DNA from: the human T2T-CHM13v2.0 reference genome, Homo sapiens
Reading direction: 5' to 3' (one strand)
Length of the DNA stretch: 64,000 bases
Assembly: GCF_009914755.1 (NCBI RefSeq)
Contig: NC_060933.1
Part shown: in pieces, positions 17,954 to 31,287 of the stretch
Layout: each line of letters starts with the position of its first letter
Numbering within the stretch: position 1 is the stretch's first letter
Program-made: the position numbers and the translations under genes
Notes under the pieces: generated by a model
What the model saw: only the letters and a program-made list of their open reading frames with translations
What the model was told of the DNA's origin: nothing
Database searches by the model: none

Positions 17954-18529
17954 TATACTTTTCAGAGTTTTTGAGAAATTGAAAAAATAAAATAATGTAG
18001 GTCAAATGTTAGCAATTAACCCTACTAGAGTCAGAATAGCTGAATACAACCTTATTTATGAATAGTAAGAAAGTTCCTCTTCACTTATCAATTTCAGATT
18101 TCCAGAAGTATGTCTTCAAGAACATATTATTAACCAAACAGTCAGCCAACATTATGTGCCGAGGACATATGCTTCTAAATTATTGACAAAGAAAGATCAG
18201 GTCTAATTAATAACTGAATTTTATCCTAAATTAATACAGAGAATCAGGCTGCAAAACCCTACCCAGGCAACAGTGATGTATGAAAATGCTGGAAGAAGCT
18301 CTCGTTGAACAAACCCTCTCTGTTGTGGAAAGGGCAATGAAACCAATGTTAGCCCCAAAATGGTTATAAAAGAAATATGATTCTTCTAGGACACTCAAAG
18401 GTGGCCACTGACATGTGAGAACCTTGGCAAGATTCTCAGCTTGGGAGGAACCCCAGTTAAAGATAGTGTCAAGGGGGCCTCAGAGGACTAAACATAGACA
18501 AGAACTGCACACAAGGACTTCTTCGGCCT

Positions 18530-19095
18530 GCAGAACAAGTTACCATTCTGCTTAAAACCTTCCAATGTCCTACTATTTGGGGGGAAAAAAACAAATTTGG
18601 GAAAAAATACACTTGGAAAAAACCCAAATTTCTTACTATAGCTTACAAGGTCCTATGTGATAGGGCCCCATCCCACCTCTCCAACATCACCCCTACTTGC
18701 ATTCACTCCATTTTAGCCATACTACCCTTTTGGCTCCTCAAGCACACTAAGCTCAATCCCACATGAGAGCTCTTGCATTTCTTGTTGCCACTACCCAGTT
18801 CATTCTTCTGGCTCTTTGTAGGCTGAGGTTCTTCATGTCATGACTTGGCTCTCAGCTTGCATACTTTGGTTCCTCAGAGAGGCATAGCCCGATACTTCCT
18901 CATTCAAGATGTCTCCCAATCCACCACATCCCACCAGTCAGTCATTCTCCATCACCACACTACCCTATTTTCTTCACAGTGTAGCTTCATGTTTCACTTC
19001 ATAGTACTTTGAGAATTCATTTTTCTGTCTCCCCATTAGAATGTAAGCTCCATAAAAACCTTTGTTTTGTTCCTGATACCTAGATACTGGTTGCT
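18530..19095. mobile_element. L2 fragment
   Basis: CTGCTTAAAACCTTCCAATG...TAGAATGTAAGCTCCAT typical of the L2 3' region. Confidence 0.7.
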
Positions 19096-19119
19096 TTTAT
19101 ACATACATTTTTTTTTTTT

Positions 19120-19121
<2 letters not shown>

Positions 19122-19161
<40 letters not shown>
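19122..19161. repeat. (CA)n microsatellite, about 20 units
   Basis: Direct observation. Confidence 0.97.
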
Positions 19162-19163
<2 letters not shown>

Positions 19164-20175
19164 GCCAAACAAACAGAATAAAGAAAACTGATGCATCCAT
19201 TCCAGGGCCACATCATGTATGTTAGAATTTAACTGCACTTTCAAAATAACATGTGAAAGAGGATTTACCCACAGAAGAGCCTTTGCCAACTGAGTTCAGC
19301 AATTAGTTGTTCAGCTAAAGTCCCTATAAAAGGTCCAAGTAACTAACGAGCCAAGCTTTCCTCTGAGCATCCATTCATGAGCCATATCAGAAGGGTATAG
19401 TTCCTAATGCCCAATGAAAGAGTATTTAATTTGGAGCCGATGCCTGAGCTAAATTTCATGTTTCCAAACCCACTGATCATCAACTGACTATGAAGTCTGC
19501 CTCTAACATAATGGCTCTTGAGTCAAGCGAGAACAAGCAATTTGAACAAAGGTTCAAATCCCAGTTATACATTTTACATCTCTGAGGCCTTTGACAAGTT
19601 CCCTCATCTATTAAATGAAGATAACAATATGTATCTGAAAGGACTGTTTTGAAGATTAAATTAGCTAAATGTATTCAAAACATCTGGCACATAAAAACCC
19701 AATACAAATTATTATTTACTAATTCACATTTTTTCCAACTAATATTTATTGATATCTACTTCATAATAGGCCCTGTGCCTATACAGAGGCACAAGGCACA
19801 ACTCAAGAGAAACTGGCCATCGTCCCAGCCCAGGAAGGGCTCACAGTGTAACAGGAAAGATGAACCCATAAATCTTAAGTATAACAGAATTACTAGGAAT
19901 ATAGTATGTATTAGGTGTCATCCAGGAAGGCTGGAAAGAATCTTCCCTTCTCTAGCAAACCTGATGTTAGGGACTAGCTGGTCTCTAGAGTTAAAAGGCC
20001 CATCAAAACCCTTACAACTTATAAAGTGAAAAGAGCTTCTGAGATGGGTCAGAACAGCTCTGTAAAGAAGCCCTCACATGATTTTAAGAATAGTCAAGAA
20101 AAACTGTCTTGATAGCAAAAAAGTGGAAGCTACTTAAGTGTCCATTGACAGATGAATGGATAAACAAAATGTGGT

Positions 20176-20613
20176 TGCTACAGTTTGGATGTAATTTGTT
20201 TGCTCCCCCCTCATTGAGTCTCATGCTGAAATCTAACCCCTTATGTTGGTGGTGGGGCCTGGTGGGAGGTGTCTGGGTCATGAAGGCAGATCCCTCATGA
20301 ATGTCTTGGTGCCATTCTTGCAGTAGTCAGTGAGTGCTGGCTCTATAACTCCCTGCAAAAGCTGATGGTTTTAAAGTAGTCTGGCACCTCCTTCTTCTCT
20401 CTCTTGCCTCCTCCTCTCCTACCATGTGATCTCTGCACACACCAGCTCCCTTTCACCTTGTGCCATGAATGGAGGCAGCTTGAGGCCCTCACCAGAAGCT
20501 GGTGCCATGCTTCTTGTACAGCTTGCAGAACCATGAGCCAAATAAACCTCTTTTCTTTATAAATTACCCAGCCTCAGGTATTCCTTTACAGCAACACTAA
20601 AGGGACTAAGACA
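20176..20613. mobile_element. MST-family (ERVL-MaLR) solo LTR inserted in an L1MB 3' end
   Basis: TG...CA termini, AATAAACCTCTTTTCTTTATAAATTACCCAGCCTCAGGTATT, 5-bp TSD GTGGT/GTAGT. Confidence 0.88.
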
Positions 20614-20796
20614 GTAGTATACACATGCAATGGTATATTATTCAGCCTTAAAACGTAAGGAAATTCTGACATGCGACAACATGCATGAACCTTGAGGACA
20701 CCATGCTAAGTGAAATAAGCCTGTCAAAAGGGAACACATCTTGTATTATTCCACTTATATGAGGTATCTAGAGTAGTCAAAAAGCAAACAGACAGA

Positions 20797-21100
<304 letters not shown>

Positions 21101-22449
21101 TCAAAGAGAAAGTAGAATGATGGTTGTCCCCAGGGCCTGGGGGAGGGAAGAATGGCAAGTTAGTGTTTAACAGGTAGGTAGAGAATTTCAGTTTTGCAAG
21201 AGGAGAAGAGTTCTGTGGTGGATGGATGGTGGTGAAGGCTGCAAAACAACGTGAATGCACTTAACACCACAGAACTATACACTTAAAAATTATTACAACA
21301 GTCAATTTTATGTTACATATACCTTACCACAACTTAGAAAAAAAAAAGATTGTCTTGTGGCTTACAAAAAGCAAGAGAGTGCTCATCTCCTCTTCTTTCG
21401 AACATTCTTATATCTAATAGTGCATCAAAACAGCTTTTCTCGGGTTAAGACAAGAGAATAATTCTGGGGTAGTCCTCATATGGAAGGTGCTGCATAATAT
21501 AGTCAACATCTAAAAAATTCCAAGTACAAACATCCAAACCCAAAATTTACAGCAAAAGAGACAGATGGAATTATTTCAACAACTGTGAGAAAGGCAAGAA
21601 ATAAACAGAACTATTGGTATGTTTAAGTATCAATTTAGGACTCTATAAGCTAATTTCTAAAGAGACAAGAAAGTCCACGGAAAAAAATGATTGGTCCATG
21701 TAGAGTAGATTTCATATATCAGAGTCAAGGTCTCACAAAACAACTTTACTGTTTTGAAACTTTAAAGAAGTGTCAACTTGCATTAAATAAACAAAGCAAC
21801 TGCCATGTACTAAACAAAAATGTCACAAATGACAGTCCTGTATAATGACCTGGTTTCCCAGTGGCTCAGAAAGATGGAAAATAAACCCCAAGGACCCTAG
21901 TTCAGACAGACTGAAGAGAGCAGACCGTGGCTGTCTTGCATGATTAAAGGCTATGTCACAGCTCAGTAGGGTCCATGCTTTCATAGCTTCCCCCCCCCAG
22001 CAACCCCTAATGTGACTAGGACTGGGACAAGAGTGACAGTCTCACAAAGGGGATAAAAAGACATAAAGCTTCTTCCTCATACATCCAAACACTCCAGAAT
22101 CTAAAACTTCACTTCTCTGTTGTCCATCTATCCAATTTTCATTAAGAGCAATTTATATCATATAGAGGCTTCAAAGTCAAATATGCCACTTTTATTTTTA
22201 CCTTATCAAACCTATAAAATCAAGACCAAGGGTTGGTCTGGATATGAAGCTTGGTTAGGATCACAATAAATTTTCAAATCAAATAATTGGTTTCAGTTAG
22301 AGCCAAGTTTATCAACAATAGGGTGATTTAGGATTCAGGAAAAATCGGCTGCCTATTTGTATTTCAGAAAGACTAGTATTTCTTCTGACACAAGTAGAGA
22401 GGTGTAAGCAACCTCTGGGTGGGTAATGCCACCAAACAAAAGCAACACC

Positions 22450-22700
22450 TTCAAAGTCTCTCAGTGACTAGAGGCAGCCAGACACTCAAACTGCCAGTCC
22501 TGAATTACGGCCTCTGAATGGTGAGGGCTTCACATTTCACCGATCAGGGCACAGCCCAATCAGAAGACAAACCCCTGCACTGCCAGGGACCAGCAAATCC
22601 GCTTTCTTCCAGTGTGCACATGACTAAATGTGCTTCTGTCCATCATCTGGGTCATATATAGTTCAATGCGAGCTGAGCAGACAGGGCTGCAAGGAAATCT
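22450..22700 (+). promoter_or_regulatory. Core promoter of the pri-miR-181a-2/b-2 host gene: CCAAT (22556-22560), AP-1-like TGACTAA (22621-22627), TATATA (22655-22660) inside a DR5 element
   Basis: Motif order and spacing fit a CCAAT/TATA promoter upstream of a strong donor, within a 4.6 kb repeat-free island with locally raised CpG. Confidence 0.65.
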
Positions 22701-22989
22701 GGCGCGGTTCAATACCTCGTCTAGCCTGGGTTCCAGTATCTAATTTTTTTTTTGTTTTAACTGACAAACTCATTTCTCTACTGGGACAGGATGCTGTGCT
22801 GGCTGGAAGTTCCATTTCTACAGCAAGAATCCTATCTGGAAACACAGAAGTTGTCCTCTAGCCACAGCAGCTCGAACTTTTTTGATTGTCGTTGCTGCTT
22901 TCTCCCATCACCCCCATCCCCTTTTGACAAAGATCCAACTGTAAAAAGTCTTACGTAACAGTTCAGGACTACTTCGGTTCTTTTACTGG
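22684..22989 (+). ncRNA. MIR181A2HG: MIR181A2HG exon 1 (TSS approximate)
   Basis: Starts ~30 nt after TATATA (22655-22660) and ends at the strong donor CTGG|GTAAGC. Repeat-free. Confidence 0.7.
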
Positions 22990-23379
22990 GTAAGCACTTT
23001 CAATTTTTTTTTTTTAACTAAAAGCCATTTTAAAATTGAATCTGTTGAGGGGCTTGACTAAAATCTTTTAAGTAATTTGTGTAATGGAATACTGTCAGTG
23101 GATTTTTTCGTCTCATTTCTGCACGTGCTCCTTTGTTCTCAGAACAGAAGCTTTTTATACACATCCCATAACGCAGCTGGAGAGAGTTATGAAGTCAGTT
23201 ATTATAAGGAACACAAAGGTTGCTTTCCATTCTTTGCCTTTAGATAATTAATTTTTTTGTTTTCTTAAAATGGAGTATTTAAAGAAGGAAGAAATTCACA
23301 AGAAATAAACTGTTGGAGAATTTAGAAAAGTTTGAAGTTTTTACCACCTTTTCTATCTCTAGTTTTGTGTGGCCAAACA

Positions 23380-23860
23380 CTTGTGCCGCCTGGGGCGGTG
23401 GGGGTAGAGGCAAGCATAGACAGAGAGGAACTAAGCCAGACATGGACAAAGGCACGAGCCAAAACCAGACAGTCCTGGCCGTTCGATAGGCCAGCAGTGG
23501 GTGAGACAGGTCAGCCAGCTGCAGGGGCGGGAGCGGGGGGGCGGGTAGGGACATGGATGTGTGAGGTGCTCATGCGTGCGATCGTGACTAGATTCTGAAA
23601 CTGCCAGCCATTTTCCCAGCTCCGCTTTGTGCAATCTAAAGGAATGCATCCCCTCTGAAGCAGTCTTGCCAGAGCCTAGTGAGGGAGAGAAGTATGGTAA
23701 ATACCACAACATATGGAATCAGAAAATACCGGGAACTGGAGTGGGCAAGGGGGAATGCAGAGGGTGTGGAAATTTTTTAGTGATCTGGAATGTGTTGAGT
23801 GACAGGAAGTGCCCCAAGCTTCTCCCCCACCAACTCTTCTCAGTCGCGCCTGCTTTTGTC
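23380..23860. promoter_or_regulatory. GC-rich first-intron regulatory segment: GC boxes, G4 motif 23524-23550, ETS site ACAGGAAGTG 23802-23811
   Basis: GGGGCGG motifs and CpG enrichment relative to the AT-rich surroundings. Confidence 0.5.
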
Positions 23861-25979
23861 TAACTCTTGTAATCTACACACTACTGCTTACAAAGCTGTC
23901 TGAGTTTAAGACAAAAAGAAACCTAAAAGTCTCCTTACTTCATAGTACCTGTGATATGGAAGGAATGTAAAAGCATGACCCTTTAAGCCTATGGACATTT
24001 TTTCAGGTATACAGGAGAAAGATAAAATAATTTTCCACAGAAAAATGAGAATTATGAATTATATAGTTCAGGTTCCAAATCTAATTTTTAAAAGAATTCT
24101 GATTCTGCTACACTTTACAAATGCTTAGGTTGGTTCCTAATTTGAAGCAGACTTGTTTTATTTGGTTAATGCATTGCATTTGAACTTGTTTCTATTTTCT
24201 TTGCATAAATTTGGACTTTGGGAGAAAAATGCAAAGTAATAAGTAGAATGCACTTGGGGGAAAAAAGGAGGATTTTTCCCTTCATGGGTTGGAAAGTATT
24301 TTAAAGGGTTGTTTTCTTGAAAAAACAAGCTCTCTCTTACTTTCTGCATCTATGCTATAAAGATAACTATGCTATAATAAATGTAAGGTAGAAAACTTTA
24401 AAGAGAAAATAACAGTGTTCTAAGTGAAAAGCTACTTAGCATTTTCCCAAACTTACACATTATCAACAGAAACACTAAAAATTAAGAGAAAAGCAGCCAA
24501 CTAATTAAATAGCTAGCCTTATTTTGGGGGTATGGGATAGAAAATTAAGTGTGAATAAAATGATACTTGGGAATGTTTCTCCCTCGTACCACAAAGGATG
24601 TTAGTGGTCAGCCTACGAGTTAATCCTTCCTAGCATGGCTCTGAGCCTTCATGCCGAGCAGACGTTATTCACATGACGATTCGAAAAGTCCATTCATATA
24701 TCTCGCTACCTGGATTTGAATAGAAACCAGACAGCAATTCTTTAGTTCCAGCCACCATTCGCCCCACTGGACAATAGCGATTTGTTAGCACAGAGTCACA
24801 GGCTGTGGGACACAAAGCTTGGAGCTGCAGAAAGATGGGGGATTCAGAGAACAGGAAATTACAGGCTCGATGCACTCCTGGCAGCTCTGAGAATACAAAA
24901 AAAAAAAAAAAAAAAAGGCAACACAGAGATGCCATGTTTAAGAGCTACTTCTAGCTTTTTTAACCACCTCCAATGTCATAAAAGCTCTATTGTTGGAGTA
25001 CATAAAGTCACGAGTCCCATGTGCTCGCTTTTCTCACTACAGGGAACTTCATTCAATGCCCTTGGCACAGTAAGAAATATCAAAAGCATCCAGAGTTGAT
25101 TAGCTGTACACTCTGGTAGAAAGGAGAGCATTTTATAAATAAAATGTCAGGAAAAAAATACGCTTAGTAACACAAGTGACATGTAATAAAATTAGTATCT
25201 TTTTAAAATTCCAAAAGAAAATAATTAAATACATCAAAACTCGAGGGACATTAATTTCTCTCCAAAATATCACATAAAATCTATTATTTAATTCCATCAA
25301 AAGTTTCTTTAGAATATATATACCAATTTAGAGGCTAGCATTATACAGAAAACTTCCGAGTTCTGGGTTGTATTTTCCAAAACAAAGAATTAAAATCAAA
25401 GCCCCAAGAATTTATTCTGGAATACTAGAAAAAAAAACTACACTTTATTATCAAATTAGTGTAGCTCCCTGGCTAAATCAGAAATTGCCTCTACTTCCTT
25501 AAGACCTAAAAAATAAATTTAATGGATATTCTAAGTGAATGAGGGAGAGATACTTCTCCAATCTCAAGAAACGAGCAGGGGGAAACAGTACATGGATTCT
25601 TGTCCAGGCCCTCATGCTGCAACCTGAGCACCAACAGGCCAGACTGGTGTCCATTTCAACAGGAGGAGGAGACCCTGCACAAGGAAGCTATAAATGGTTT
25701 TGCTCTTCTGCCCTTCTTCTGTGATCCATTAGTAAACACAAGTTCGAAATGATATCATATCTGAAAGATTTATCAAATGAGACCATGAATGGTCAAAAAA
25801 GGCTTTGGAAACATCAATTATTCTAATCTATTTGGTCCCATGATAATACGGTGTGAAGCTGAACACGTGCCAGATTTAATGGTGCTGGTAAACATAATAG
25901 CAACCTTTAAGCTACCAACAATTGGGCTTCCTCAAATACTATTATTACTCACCAAACACAAACATCAGTTACTATCCCA

Positions 25980-26184
25980 AAGTGCGTTGTCCAATACAGT
26001 AGCAACTAGCTCTATGTGGCTATTTTGATTTAAATTAATCAAAATTAAATAAAACAGAAAACTCAGTTCTTTAGTTATACACACCACATTTCAAGCACTC
26101 AATAGCCTCATGTGACTATCATATGGGATAGCCCAGATATAAGACATTTCTATCACTGCAGAAAGTTCTACTGGACAGTGCTGA
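25980..26184. mobile_element. MER3/MER33-like hAT-Charlie fossil
   Basis: Termini GCGTTGTCCAATA / TACTGGACAGTGCTG and a typical internal sequence. Confidence 0.75.
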
Positions 26185-26589
26185 TCTGGGCTATGCTTAT
26201 ATCCAGCATACCCATCTTCAACTACACATCCAGCTGGACATGAAAAAATTTAAGTAAAAAATACAATGACAAGTATGACAAGATAGCTAGTGCCATAATA
26301 CTTGAGAAATACCTTTAAAAAAAAAAAAAGCATTTGAAACCAAGGATGAGAAAAGAGGTCCAGGTCCATTTTTTTCCCCCTTGGTTGCAATGAAGAAGTT
26401 ACAAAGAATATTAGATAGTACTGGAAGACAGGTAGTCATGGCCAGAGTACGTGAAATGCTCCAGAATGGTACTAATTTAGTGTCAAAAACTTCTTCCTAA
26501 ACATATGAGACAATTAATTCAATAGTTTCATGGTATCACAGCAATGGACAATATGTGTAACAAAAAACCAGGACCTAGAAGTCACTTGG

Positions 26590-26800
26590 TCTTGAGTAGG
26601 TTTATGAGTATCAACTTTGCTAGCTAGATGATATTAGGCAAATTAATTTACCCCTCTGAAACTTAGTATCCTTACCTGCAAAATGGGGAAATAGACACCC
26701 TGCAGGATTTATATAGAACGGCTCGCAGTGAAGTATGTAAAGTATCTAGTAAGGTGCCAGGCACATGGTAGAGATTCCAAAAAAGAGTAGCTATTATTAT
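26590..26800 (+). mobile_element. MIR
   Basis: GCAAAATGGGG core and GTGCCAGGCACATGGTAG 3' part. Confidence 0.7.
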
Positions 26801-27639
26801 TACATTTTTCCCCTTAAATACTCACAATGTGACTCCTTGTAGACTATCAGATAGATACTATTCAAAACACAAGGCAAGCCTTCATAAACAAGTATCCTAA
26901 AATATTAATGCTGGCCATGTCAGCAATTCAACTGGAATAAAATGAAACATTTGGACAGGAGATTGCTTTACCAGCCGATGTGTGACCATGCTGTCCCATG
27001 CAGGCTGCTTTGTCAAAAAAAATCTCATGTCATATTTGGCTTACATAATCAGCATGTTCTCTTGTGTTCAGTCTTATACTTAGGGATGTAGGGTTAGATT
27101 TTAGATAAGACGACAAAGGTCTATAAACAGAAAGCAAATTTTTATCTGAGTACAAAGCAATGATCTCCAAATACTGGGAAGCTGATATCTGTTCAGGAAA
27201 ACTTAAAAAGCTATATTAGAAATACAATGATAAGAAGCCTTATTCTCCCTTGCTGAGATGACAGAAGCATACAGAAAAACTTTAAATGAAAATCCTTAAA
27301 GAAATGATGAATTAGGTCTTTTTTCCAAGAAACATTTTAAACAATCTAGATTGTATAATAGTAACAGTAGTAATGAATTGGCAAAACACCCAGTGCATCA
27401 TAGCCTTCGATTACTGTGAACTTGGTTTATGGTCAAGACCGAGTGCAACAAATGGTACTACCCACAAGCTTCTGTGGTTTTAAAAAAAAATTTAGAAAGC
27501 CAAAGGACTTCTATGATGACCACGTCTTAACCCCCAAATCTACCATCAAATAAATTGGACGTGATAAACATGCATGTGAGATTCTTAAATTCGGATGCCA
27601 TTCTCAGCCTATCTTATGCCTGCTTGGTGCAAGAAACAT

Positions 27640-27880
27640 GAGTCTTAGGGTCAAGTGAACAGGGGCTGGAATCCTGGCTCTGCCCCTTATTTACTACAGG
27701 ATCTTGTACAAGTCACTTCCCCTCTTTGTCTCAGACTCTTCATTCATAAAATACAAATATCAATCCCTTCCTGCCAGGCTGTTTTCAGAGTCAAGGATAT
27801 GTATATAAACACTGACCAGTGTTTCTGGTACATGGAAAACACTCTGGAAATGCCAATTCTGTGAACACTCAGTAAGGGCT
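27640..27880 (+). mobile_element. MIR
   Basis: AATCCTGGCTCTGCC...CAAGTCACTT. Confidence 0.65.
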
Positions 27881-29122
27881 TGAGGTTCTGTTCATCGTCT
27901 GAGACCACAAAGAATGGAAATAGAAGGGTTCCAGGCTGGTTCATAGCACAGGCCATTCTCCATTTAAATTTTAAATTAAAACAAACATATGAATGTAAAA
28001 ACTGTCAACACTGCACAAATAACTTGAAATCTTAGAAACATAAATATTGAATGAACTGAATGAATACAGAAAAAGTATTATTTGAAAAGTGAGGTGGAAT
28101 GTCAGACTTCAATAATGTAAGGTATAATTTAATGCTGATACAAAGTTAGTACCATTAAGTATAAAAAAAAAGAACCCTTTTCTTAAAATAAGAATTAATA
28201 TTTCCTAGAGACTCTTCTGAGTAAGATTTCTACGACCTCCTCTTGGTGATTAAAACAACAACATCAAAGTCCTAAAATACTGTCCAAGAATGAGAAATTA
28301 AAATAATTTGAAAACACAGAAAATTCATGTCTTAAAATCAAAGATTTAAGAAGGAATTCCTGGGCAAGGTATTTTCCTACTACATCTGTGGATTCATTTT
28401 AAAGTTGATAATAATCCAGCAGGAATGAGAAATCAGTGTTTCTTAATGATGCCAAATAAGTGAAAAATGCTGGATATACCACATAACCTTTTGGAGGACA
28501 TAAGGCAGTAGATTCTCTAAAGCAAACAGCGGAAGTGTAAGGGAGATTGTGCGATGTAGTTTAGAAGGAGGGTTTTCTCCCAGAAATTGGCTGAACTAGA
28601 TATGATGTCATATCTTAGCTCTGCCACTGTTGAGCTAGATGACTTTTAACAAGTTGCTTCTCTCTGAGTCTCTATTACCACTGGTGGTCCAAAGAACACA
28701 TTCATACTAAAAGCTAAAGAACAGACAGCACTTAAAGGTAAGAATCTGGATATGCCAGAGGGTTCTCCATCCTGTCTCTCCAATACCTCACCACCACAAA
28801 ATGTTTTACAGGACTGCTGAAGCAGACAGACGGATTAGACAGATAAATAAATAGATAATGAATGAATGGATGAATGAATGATTCTGATAAATCACAAAAG
28901 CTCTCCAGAGGAAAGGTTCCTCAAGAACCTCAGCAGATGGTACTGGGTTCTTACTGAATGCTAATCAAGCAGAACCTTTTTTCCAGTCATTCATCTAATC
29001 AATATTAAGCTTCTAATATGTATCATGTACAGTATTAGACACAGGTTGACCAAATATATTACCTGCCTTCATGGAGCTAACAAGCTATAAACTGGGATAA
29101 CCATGGGCCAGAAGCCCTATCA

Positions 29123-29460
<338 letters not shown>

Positions 29461-30494
29461 ACGGCAGTGAGCTGAGTTCAGAAATTTTGGGAATGGTCCA
29501 ATGATTTGGGAAACTGCCTTGCCATTTGTTGAAGTCAAACTAACATAATTCATAAAATAATGGAAAAATACGCTCAGCTCCATTTCATTCAACCAAAGAA
29601 TTATGCTAAACTATAAGATCTTAACAGACTTTCAATGGAGTCATCAAGCCATTAAGAAAATAAAATACCTTCAAATACACAGGCTGGTTCCATAATGACC
29701 ATTAGTCAGATCTATGGTAAACCACTCTCTCATATAAAAACTGAGTCACCTTTTAATAGATGTTTAAGAACAAGATAATTTCTGGAGAGGATGAAATAAA
29801 GCGAGTCTGGGTATGAAATGATGTTGCAGGAGCAGATCATGATACACAGGAGCATTAAATGTAAAGCATGTTTCCTTCATCTCCTTCCTGAAGACTATGT
29901 TCTCAGCAGTTACCATTTCCTTTAATGACACATGCTATAATGATCATGATTACACAGCTAGGTAGTACTCAACCCATGACTAATCTGGGCTCTTAACAAC
30001 CAAGAATATTTGAGACATGGACGATAACTATGAACAGAATGAGAGACCAGAGTCACTATTGGGTTTCTGTGGCAATTAATCTTACGAACCAGAAAGACGC
30101 CTACAGAGTGTCTAAATATTAACCCCTCTTCCAATTGGAATTTACTCTTTGTTGTCCTAGGACTAATACAATGAAGTTGTTGTTACCAATGGGGTAAAGT
30201 ACACGCATTTGCCACAATGAAGCAATATTATCTCCACAGAGCAGGAAGCTCCCAAGATCCAAAAGTTCCAATTAAGAAATTTATATTCCAGTTACCTGAT
30301 ATTAAAGATGTTGGATTTCCACCTAGATTTTTCTCACTAGTAGACTCAATATCATGTGGCTTTTTCTTTTTCTTTGTTCACTGAATATCAAAGTCAAGTG
30401 GAAAAGAGGTCTGGCAAATGTATTCAGAGCAAATTAGACAGTTACACCAAAAAAAAAGAAGACCCCAATTTGGTTATCTGTTATTGTGACCTAG

Positions 30495-30923
<429 letters not shown>

Positions 30924-31287
30924 TAAGAGCTTCTAGGTATAGTTTAATCATTCAAAGGATATCTGTTGACAGCTTAGTATATCCCAAACCCTGTTCTAGG
31001 CACCAGGCACACAGCAATAAACAAGACAAAGGTGTTGTACTCGGGCACTATAGTCACAGAGACTTGACTCTGTATCAGCTTGAGCACTTACTGACATTGT
31101 GAAATGTGCCTCTCTGAATCTCAGGTTCCTTCCCTGGCGGGGGCGGGGGAAATAATACCACTTTATAGGGCTGTTGTAAGAATTATATGTTTGCCTGTGT
31201 CTAGCATAGCACCTAGAACACCACAGATGCTTCGTATGTAGTAGCTATGGTTTTACAAATTGCGAATATTACTATTATCCACCCTAC

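Noticed and set aside
22628-22861. 77-aa ORF across the promoter
   Set aside because: Its ATG lies upstream of the TATA box and inferred TSS, so it would not be in the transcript.
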